A stretch of DNA of 64,000 nt from Eledone cirrhosa. Lineage: Eukaryota. This document shows positions 54,310 to 64,000 of this stretch, one piece after another. The stretch is taken from NCBI GenBank assembly GCA_964016885.1, contig OZ024740.1:83948001-84012000 (forward strand), in the 5' to 3' direction. A program made the position numbers and the translations under genes. Positions within the stretch are counted from its first letter, which is position 1. Every line of letters starts with the position of its first letter. The notes beneath the pieces were generated by a model. That model was not told the DNA's origin. It saw nothing but the letters and a program-made list of their open reading frames with translations, and ran no database searches.

Positions 54310-55050
54310 AGTACTTGTATTTATAACCCTATAGCTAGTAGGGTCTGTATATGGGTTGTTTTATGAGTAGTCATATGAGTTTCATCTGCCAAGAAGCTGG
54401 GGTCACAGGTCAAGTGGTATGTACGTTTATCATACTTGTCTCTTGACAAGACAATGGTGGGAAACTCCCAACGATAGATGGTCCCAGAGGCGAGAATTCT
54501 TAGATTCGGTTTCGAATCTTCGCCAGGCAAAACGTAGGAGTATTCTGTTACATATGCAATTAGTAATATTACATTTCTCCCACCACTTTTTTCAATATTC
54601 CGCATTACAAAATGGTTTGATATATGAAAGAAATTCAAATAAATCTGCTCAATAAACAGAAATATATAATCATAATAATTTAACAAAACAAGTAAATTTA
54701 AAGAAATTTGAAGTGGAAGTGATTGGCTAGCTATTAGTGAAAAATTATTTGATATTTTCTTTGTGAAAATACTTGTGAATAATACAGTGAAAAGACAAGT
54801 TTCGCGTAAATCGGACCACGGGTTCCCGAGATACGCGAGTTTTTTCGGGTATCTTTATAAATAACCAAATCAGCGCATAATGGGAAAATTCCGTGAAAGT
54901 AAGGTACCATTGAAATGTGAATACAAAAGCAGATTAGTGGTTGTGAGAGAGAGAGCGGGAGAGAGTTGGTTGTGTTGTTGAATGAAATTATGACAGGTGA
55001 CTTCAAAGAATTGATTACAGCATTACTGCATCTAGCTGGAATTTGGTGAC
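54310..55050. mobile_element. Possible DINE/HINE-like (Helentron-associated) relics
   Basis: TTATAACCCTA-tagctag-TAGGGT stem-loop, AAAACAAGT and AAGTTTCGCGTAAATCGGACCACGGGTTCCCGAGATA motifs. Resemblance only. Confidence 0.3.
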
Positions 55051-55391
55051 TGAATATTAGGACAGGATGTATGTGTGTGTGTGTGTAACCAGTGTATATA
55101 GGCCACAGACACCCCCACACACAAACACATATATATATATATACACGTGCATATACACACACACATACACGTATATATATATTGGCTTTCCAATGTCATT
55201 TTACATAATATATATTTTGTGTATATTTTAATTATTTAAAAATTATTTTTAAGTGAACAGGTGGTCTAGTATTCTTCTAAAACTGAACGATTATGTTTTG
55301 TAGTTTTAAATTATATTTGCTCATCTATAAATATTTTATTAATACAAACACAGGCATAGAAACAGACTCATAAAAATAGATGCACACACAA

Positions 55392-55451
<60 letters not shown>

Positions 55452-55524
55452 ACACATATATATATACTAACATAGGTATGCATCTGTATACATATGTCGG
55501 TAGATATATTAATTCTTTATAATT

Positions 55525-55555
<31 letters not shown>

Positions 55556-55777
55556 ACGAAGGAAGTGTGGTAACGAACCAGGTGGACCGGTAGTAGAGTG
55601 GGTAATAGGAAATTCTTCAAGACCCCGACGGCAGAGCTCAAACCGTTTCGACGGATATTTCTTATAAAATAGAAATAGCCGTCGAAACCGCTTGAGCTCT
55701 GCCGTCGGGGTCTTGAACAGTTTCCTATTACCCTCTCTACTATCCTAAGTATTGAGTACTCTGGTGCGTTATGGTCC

Positions 55778-55779
<2 letters not shown>
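55556..55779. repeat. S-family fold-back in (TA)n
   Basis: About 70-bp inverted arms (55591-55661 and 55671-55741); homologous to 28941-29150. Confidence 0.8.
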
Positions 55780-55810
<31 letters not shown>

Positions 55811-55875
55811 AATATATGTATATATGCATATATATATATATACGTATATATATATATATACGTATATATACATAC

Positions 55876-55925
<50 letters not shown>

Positions 55926-56363
55926 TAAGGGTTTACATATACATAAACTAGACAGAGTCATAGATATATATATATATATATATGTTTTTGGCAACCATTC
56001 ACCGTGTGACTCAATGACGAATTAATTAATTAAATAATCAACAATCACAGCAATATATAAGAAAGTTAGTCCATAGAATCATTTGATAAAATATATACAG
56101 TATTTCTCCTCCCAATCAGCTTAATTAACCACATAAAAAATCAATTAAACGAGGCTATAAGTTTAAAAAGTACTTATGAAGAAACAATAAATGATAGCTA
56201 TTTTATCCGCAATCAACAGCCACAGAAGATTTACCTAGTATTTCTAATAGCCCGTAGAAATTGATTAGACATATAGCCAACCATACACAATTAGGTACGA
56301 AATCAAAGTTAGAAGAAAAAAATGTACATAAATATACCAAAATTATGTTTCTACACCATATAT

Positions 56364-56441
56364 AAAACACTTTACCTAGGCTTGTGACCGTATATATATA
56401 TATATATATATATCCGGTCACAAGCCTAGGTAAAGTGTTTT
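56364..56441. repeat. Perfect 27-bp inverted repeat enclosing a (TA)n spacer
   Basis: AAAACACTTTACCTAGGCTTGTGACCG-(TA)n-CGGTCACAAGCCTAGGTAAAGTGTTTT. Confidence 0.9.
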
Positions 56442-56789
56442 TGTTGAAGACAAGTAATCAACCATGCATACGATTCTCCCCTAGCCCTGCAAACTCACTT
56501 GTCCAATGGATTAGCAAAGACCGACATAGATTATCAGCAATGGTTTGTTAACTCCTTTCCCACGCTTAGTAAACTGCTGCACACGTGAAATACAATATCT
56601 TTACAGGAACACAACGCACGACCATTACGTGAAGCGAACTCCCAACCTCACGTTTGTAGACCAGTCACTCAAACTGCAAAACCACGCACTTTCACATCTT
56701 AAATTAGATAGCTGTATCGCAGCTCTTAAATGTCTACAAATATTGATCTCTGGTTAGCCATTGATACAAAAGGTATTTTGCTGCTGCTG

Positions 56790-58420
56790 CTCTCCTTTGT
56801 GCTTCTCTCCCTGCTTTGGGTTCAGCCGGAATCTTGGTCAGTAGAATGTCGAGATGTCTCTTGAAAACATCTACATGCACACACCACGTAGATCTCGCAG
56901 ATTTTTGCCGGCTTAGTAAAAGGCTGGGGACACTTGAACACCAGGCAATTGTAGTATATGTTCCATATTCTTGATGAGACGGTTGGGAACTTTGGCACTA
57001 CCCGGTGGCGTCGTGTTCGTTGGCTGGTCCTGCTTTCCATACCGAAGGTTGGTGCCAACCTGTCCTGGATCTTCCATATGTATATCACTGCGCATCTCTC
57101 CCGTTTCGCTCTTTATTTTTTTCAGCCTCTCCCAGCAACTCATCTCATTCAATGAGCCAATCCTCCAGGAGTAGCTTCATTGGATTGCTTCACTTAGTTT
57201 GACACTGTTTGACAACCGCAACTGAGAGCAACAGTCCCCCAGGGAACCTTCATGGTTTATAGATATCTTGTTCCGAAAGTCATAAGAATCTAAGCCCCCA
57301 ATCGTCCTCACATTGCCGTCATTTTGGTGATGTGTGCATGAATCGAAACATCATTGCTCATGTCAATAGAGAGGTCTCGAATTGATTTTGACTCGGTTAT
57401 TTCGATTTCTCCTAATGCAATGTACATTTGTTGTGGTAGTCCTATGTTTGTGGGTTGATAGCGGAGGTCTTGAAACTTACCCGCATTAAATTGCATATCG
57501 TTGTATTCAGCCCATACTTTTATGGCATCTAAATCTTGTACGACAACTTCTACCCAAGCGAAAGCCATGCTGAGTTTCAATTAGAAGACATTTTCCCGTT
57601 AGAAAATGATCAGTTCCCTTTTGATAATTCGTTCCACGACTTTGCTGATATGTGGCCTGTAGTTATTAACAACTGCTCTGCTTTCTCCTTTATGAATAAG
57701 ATATATTATGCCTTCTATTCGTTTTCCGGGTAGTGTACCAATTACAGATCTTTGGAAGAGAATCTTTAGTGGTTTTGCTAATAATCGCTTGCATATTTTT
57801 AGGAGGGTTGCTGGGAAACTAACAAGGCCAGCTGCTGGAGTTGGTCGCATTTCTTCTATGGCTAATATAACCTTTCACCTTTATATCTATGTGGTTGATA
57901 GTTGCATGTAAATCATTGGAGGTGTGAAAATACCTTTGTATTATCATTCAGAGCCACACGTATCTCTTGCGGTCAGTGAACCATTTTTATAGTAAAGATG
58001 CCCTCTCCCGTAGTGTACGGGGGCGGTCTCTTTTGAAAATTTAAAGAATGACTTACGGCTTGATTTTATGTTTTCTATAGTCCTGGCTTCTCTTTCTGCC
58101 ATCTCTTTTTCATGGGAGATTTGAGTTCATTTTCAGTCAAACAGTGCCTGCTTCAAATGGGATCTCGTTTTATTCCTTACTTGTACATGTAGCCGGTTTC
58201 CATAAATTGCTCAAGTTGTATGTTGTCATCTTCCTTAGGGGACTGTCGGTCCAGTTTTGCTTCAGGAGCTCCTCGTAAATCCATTTCCTGTTAACTTTGT
58301 AGACGTTTAAGCTGGATAGAGACCCAGTGCTTCCTGTCGTCTGTATATCTACAGTCTTCCTCAGACTATACATTCCTAGTTCTTCTATTTTATGGTCCGA
58401 GAAAATCATCTGTGTCATTT
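56790..58420 (-). pseudogene. Decayed CR1-group LINE ORF2 (RT) relic
   Basis: LLKICKRLLAKPLKILFQRS..IHKGESRAVVNNYRP..SKVVERII; QDLDAIKVWAEYNDMQFNAGKFQ; CWERLKK; IYIWKI. Confidence 0.8.
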
Positions 58421-58618
58421 TCCGTGTTGTTCGTGAAGCAGAGATTTATCTTTATCAAAACCAACTAGGATTAAAAAAATCGACTAATATATATACTGTC
58501 TTTGTAATTTACGGAGACATACTTATCTTTGATATGTTTACATGTCAATATCCTCACTATTTTAATTTCATTACACATGAACGCAGTCAGTTACATTTAT
58601 ACTTTAGAAAATGTATAC

Positions 58619-58652
<34 letters not shown>

Positions 58653-58746
58653 ACTCTCTGGCTATCTTTCTTTCCCCCACACAATATGTATTTACATACA
58701 CACACACACATACGCACATACACTCACACACACCCACACACACACA

Positions 58747-58778
<32 letters not shown>

Positions 58779-60443
58779 AGGTGAGAAAAACAAAATAATG
58801 TAGTTATTCCATTGTTTTCATTCCATTGATTACATACCGTACAGCGTACAACTTCAATTCACCAGCCTCGAAACTGCATATTATTCATGAAATTATTTAT
58901 TAATCAGATGAGAAAGGAGCTCGCATGCCCGGAAAGGGAGAACATTGCAAATCGACGTAATACATATAATAAGTAAATAAGAGAAAACCTCAAAAGTATA
59001 AATTAATAAAATAGATAAAATAATGAATGAACTCAGTTCATCACAAATAGAAAACACGTAACATACAGGAATGCCCAAAATTCAAGAGATCATTTAAAAA
59101 TATAATATCCTTTTTATAATTAATTTCTCATAAGTAAAGGGATTATTACATTTTAAAATGCTTTAGTTAGATATGGGTCACCCTGTATATGTAATATCAA
59201 ATTAATTATCATAATGATAAGATTGTATATTGATTTTGAGTAGTCATACCTCATTACCATTGGTTAAAACTAGCCGTTAAATGTCTGATTTGATCACATT
59301 ATAGAGGTCACATACAGAAGAAAGCCACACAGACAGCATAAAATATATTACGTAAAATTATTTACCTTTAGCAGAAATATATCCCTTATTTACCCTGTGG
59401 ATCTCTCTTTTATGGACAAATAGCTCTTTCATTATTTTTGTCTCCGTAATTCTATATATGTAAGACTGTACAAATACGTGTCAGCATTCAATGCAATCCA
59501 TGATTCTGCATAACATTAAGATCTTCTGCGCTAAGTGCATCCCTTTATCTTAACCGTTAAATTAATGACTTGATAAATAAAAACGAACCAAATGATTACC
59601 TCCCTGAAGTATGGAGTGCTGTCAAAATACATCACAATAAAACAAGAATTTCATTAGTCTAATGTCTTGAACCATTACTTTATTTTTAATAGGTATATGC
59701 GCATTATCGTTTAAACAACCTGATTCCTTGTATCTTGTCCAATCATTAGATTTTTTTTAATTTTCATTTCTCATACAAATGTGACTTGTAACTCAAGTGT
59801 CAAGATTTATTACAAATATGAGTTATGGCGTTAGGAAATACGGTGAAAGCAACTTCGCTGTCCAAAATATAAAACGAGATATTGCTGATCTTATATCATG
59901 ACATATCAAAACATTCAGGTCACACAGTCTCATTGCAACGTGTGAAAAATTAGATCGATAGAGATAGCTATTTTTTATTTTGGCTAAAATACATTTTACA
60001 ACTGATGTTCATGATACTGTCTTACATGATAGCACATTCATTCTTTAATAGATCTGATAGATATATGAGTTAGATCATCTTCAGATCATATATAATTATC
60101 TCCGACGGATAAAACACAATGCTATGGCTAGATACACTAAATCAACGAAAGAAACATTTTCCAAACTTACTTCTAAACAAAATTCTGGTTTATTACTACT
60201 TTTTCAACATAGAAGGGGGTGACCATTATCCACTGAGGCAATAAACTGAAAGTAAAATAGTACCTGATGCAAATAATCTTAGATGTTTATATATAAATTT
60301 AGAGATACATGTTTCAAATAAAACTAATTACCGGATATCTTTGTATCTCTCTCTCTCTCTCCATTTCTATCTATATATCTATATATTTATATCTATATAT
60401 CTATTTATCTATAGATTTATATCTATATATCTATCTATTTCTT

Positions 60444-60484
<41 letters not shown>

Positions 60485-60487
60485 TTA

Positions 60488-60584
60488 TTAAAATAACAGA
60501 TTTGCTCTACGGTTCTTATATATTTGATATATATTTATCCTTATCGAGACATCTTTGGATTTTAGTCTTCAAATTTATTATTAT

Positions 60585-60590
<6 letters not shown>
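60488..60590 (+). mobile_element. Minimal insertion of the 60644 family: 13-bp inverted arm plus ~90-bp tail
   Basis: TTAAAATAACAGA joined to TTTGCTCTACGG...ATTATTACTA, matching 63510-63600. Confidence 0.8.
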
Positions 60591-60643
<53 letters not shown>

Positions 60644-60649
<6 letters not shown>

Positions 60650-63600
60650 TAGCAGATTAAAGTTTAAGCAAAGAATCACTGCTTTCACCCTTAACGGGAT
60701 CTTCTGAAATTAACAAAGTTAATCTGTAAACGCAGAAGTGGATATTTCAAAAAACGTTGCAACCGGAGGAAGACAGGAAGACGATACTTTGGTTCGTGGA
60801 AACGTTCCCTGGCAAAGAACGGGAAAAAACGAATATAATACGTCATAAATAGCAGCGGTGAAAAACAATTACACGCAAAGACAGGACCACGTTAATGGTA
60901 TAAAAGAAGTCGTAGACTAATGTTCTCTTAGGTGGGTCATAGAGACGTTCTCTGGCAATGAACGGAAAAAACGAAGATAATACGTCATATGTGGTGCGTG
61001 GAGAATAATTGCACGCAAAGACAAAACCACGTAAATGGTATAGCTGAAGTCGTAGACTAAAATTCTAACTAAGAAACCGAATGATTCTCCGCTTCAGAGT
61101 TAAGAATAAAGTAAATAAAATACAATACAGAGGTAATTGAAATGAAATAAATACATACAGGCGTCCAAATACCTACATACACAAGCATACGCGAAAACAC
61201 TCGCCATAGGTATACAAAACCACGCACATATAAATATGTGTGTGTGTGCGTGTATATCAAAATAAATAAATAATTAAATAAACGTATATAAATAAATAAA
61301 TACGTATATAACAAGCGCACACACACATACCTACATGTAAATACACAAATGTTCGGAGACGTACGTCAACCAAAACATGAAAGACACATATACATACACC
61401 CAACATACGTACAAACCCGCATACTCACACAGACGTAAAATTCCCGTATACACATAACCAAAAGCATATGTACCAGAATATATACAAATATACGCCATAA
61501 CATATACAATCAAATATACGTACGAGAAAGTATACGTACCTTCACAATACATACAGGTAATATATACTTACCTCTGCAAATAAGTAGTGGTATAAACATA
61601 ACATATACTTAGCTACCACATCAAGACGTAAGATATCCACGTATAGATCGTACTATCCGTTAGGGTATAATGTGGGGCTGTAATACAGGAAAGTGTTGTG
61701 CAATTTATGTTTACAAGCCGAAATTGCCTCAGATTTTTTGTTTAAGATGTGGTCTGTGGCGTAGATTATTTTCAGGGCCTTAGCGGCGCAGAGGTCACAT
61801 GGTCTTTTATTTCCGTTATACGATATAGCCCTAGCTAAGATCTCCCAGTGTAACTTATATTGGTGTGGTTGTCTTTTAGAGTCCAGGTATAAGCTGAAAG
61901 TGACGTCATATTCCTTCTTAGAGGGTAACGAAAAGAATGGGTATGCATAAAGACGCTGCTTGAATCTATTGGCGGTTAACCCTATGTAAGCCCTACGGGA
62001 CGTGGATGTTTCAACCTTACATTTGTAGACATTGTTACTAGAGAGGCAGTTCCCGGATAGGGGCCAATCAACCCGATTCCTACAATTACAATTAGTACTA
62101 ACTACAGGGTTGCACGTGTTCCTACGGCTAGGTAGTTTAGCTAAATCTGAAGCTGTAATGTTATGTGCAAGGTTAGGAGTCGTAGAGTAAGACATTTTAA
62201 TAGTATTTCTATTAAAAATGTTACTATATTTATGTGTAGGGGGAAAATGCTTCGTAATAAGGGATAGAAAGATCTTAGCTAATGGTGTGGCCACCTCCAT
62301 ATTATATGGTGGGTTATACCATATAATGCGACGGGATCTATTTCTTCTAGGTCTATTCTCGTACTCTGAATATGCTACCTTATCGACAAATCCACTCCGA
62401 GCAAGAGCTTCATTGTAATAAGTGGAATGGTCGTTGAAAATATGCTCGTTAGTAGATAGACGGGAAAGCCTCAGCGAAACGTTTCTTACCAGGTTCTTGG
62501 TTAAGCTGGCAGGATGGTTAGAATTCTTACTTATGTAATTAAGCGTTTCATTCGGCTTTCTATACGGGTAATACAAGCCATTCGATAAATTTAGGGTAAC
62601 GTCGAGGTAATTAACGACCGAGAGGTTGGCCTCAACCTGTATAGAGAGGTTGAAGCCTTTAAAGAAGGTTGTGAGTTCTTTTCTGAACCTGTCGCAAGCA
62701 TGACGGCCGCACTTAGTCATTGTCAAAAGACCATCATCACGGTACAAACCACCGCTCGCGTTGGGGAATTCGTCCTTGATAGAGAAAAGAAGGAAAAGGC
62801 CGATAAGATCAGTAACCTCCGCAGAATCGCTGGCGCCCTTACTCACGTCGAATGGGGTACTATTGGATTTTTTAATCGAAATAGAGTCATCGAAATTAAT
62901 CACCGACTTACGGGCATTGAGGATGACATCAATTTCAAAATCCTTAACCACTGTGACTGTTTTAGCGAAATTGATAGCTCTAAGGAGAAGTGGTAAAGTG
63001 ATGGAGAAGTAGTAATTATTGATGTCGAATTGGATAAAACGGCAATGTTCCTCGTTGCATATGCCGTTGAACCAAACACCGCGAAAGAATTGTTCCACAG
63101 TGCAAGAGGGGCCAAACTTCTAATTTCAGGTATAATTCGATCAAGAATCCTTTACTAAGTCTACCTAAATCGGACTTCGTAAGGTTAATAAGCGGAATAG
63201 AGGGGTTGTTCGGAAAAATGGATTTGTGATCCTTCAGGGTAAGGTGGGGAGAAATAAGGTCCAGAGTTTCGGTCCGGTCCAGGATGTTGAGAGAAGTGGT
63301 GATTTTAAACCCAGCATCGTTGATTTCATTGATGACGCACCGATTAGTTTTACGGTAATCCTTAGTTACAGCATTATGTAGTAGTTGCAACGTTTTTTGA
63401 AATATCCACTTCTGCGTTTACAGATTGACTTTGTTAGTTTCAGAACATCCCGTTAAGGGTGAAAGCAGCGATTCTTTGCTTAAACTTTAATCTGTTATTT
63501 TAATAAATATTTGCTCTACGGTTCTTATATATTTGATATATATTTATCCTTATCGAGCCCTCTTTCGATTTTAGTCTTCAAATTTATTATTATTACTATA
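60644..63600 (-). mobile_element. 5'-truncated PLE (YRDD/CxCx5C, Hydra-clade-like) on the minus strand with plus-strand inverted arm and tail 63384-63600
   Basis: ORFs 63016-63390 and 61653-63098; 63384-63503 is the reverse complement of ~60644-60763; (TA)n on both sides. Confidence 0.92.
61653..63390 (-). pseudogene. PLE RT-GIY-YIG ORF with frameshifts
   Basis: TLKDHK..LINLTKSDLG, FIQFDINNYY, GASDSAEVTDLIG, GGLYRDDGL, WYNPPYN, CNCRNRVDWPL, AYIGLTANRFKQR, CDLC, CKH. Confidence 0.92.
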
Positions 63601-63610
63601 TATATATATA

Positions 63611-64000
63611 GGCGGGTTATACAGGCGGATTATACCGAGATGACGGCCTCTTTGCCCTGCATAAAATTAACCCATGGACTACCGATGGGTTTCGGAAAAC
63701 CTTAACGCTTTCTTCAATAACCTAGGCCTCAGAATAACTATAGATTCGAGTTTAACTAAAGCCAACTACTTAGATGTAACTCTCGATTTAGAAACCTCCC
63801 TTTATTATCCGTACCACAAACATAACGAATCCTTTAGATATATAGACGTTAACTCGAATCACCCCAAGAACATCACAGATAATTTAGTTAAAAGTGTCTC
63901 CCTTAGGATTTCAGGCCTCTCCGCCAATGAGGATATCTTTAGGGCCGCGGCCCCCTATTACAACGAAGCCCTAGCCCGTAGCGGTTTTAAAGATAAGATC
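63611..64000 (+). pseudogene. Another YRDD-type PLE RT fragment running off the window
   Basis: GGLYRDDGL, frameshift, then NYLDVTLDL..YPYHKHNE..NSNHPKNI..RISGLSANE..YYNEALARSGFKDKI. Not in the ORF track. Confidence 0.88.

Noticed and set aside
63440-63480. Hammerhead in the 60644 family (CAGAAGA-TCCC..GGGT-GAAA-GCAGC in the 60670-60710 copy; CAGAACA here)
   Set aside because: The core is non-canonical, and there is no stem I or UH cleavage site.

Overview
AT-rich animal genomic DNA; the SINE families and (TA)n/(CA)n density point to an octopus-like cephalopod (inference). I cannot support any host protein-coding gene, rRNA, tRNA or CRISPR array. The window is a nest of transposable elements dominated by Penelope-like retroelements (PLEs; RT plus C-terminal GIY-YIG endonuclease) from at least four lineages: YRDD type with a CxCx5C linker, YVDD 'WWD' type, Poseidon/Penelope type and Neptune-like fragments. 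Almost all sit in (TA)n tracts. About 18 intact or decayed type I hammerhead ribozyme (HHR) motifs mark their 3' pseudo-LTRs. Many insertions are fold-backs (13 bp to about 1.2 kb arms) in which only one arm carries the terminal tail, while the other stops at an internal TA-like site. Also present: a Tc1/mariner relic with TIRs, two tRNA-derived SINE families, RTE, CRE-like, R4-like and CR1-group LINE relics, and a Helitron-like fragment. The most interesting observations are the fold-back rule shared across families, an antisense copy of the element's own RT inside one 3' UTR, a U3-A8 covariant hammerhead, splice signals around ribozymes, conserved NRF1/YY1-like and E2F/CCAAT-like motifs in pseudo-LTRs, and stuttered junctions. 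Coordinates were read by eye and may be off by a few bases. Clade names are tentative without a phylogeny.
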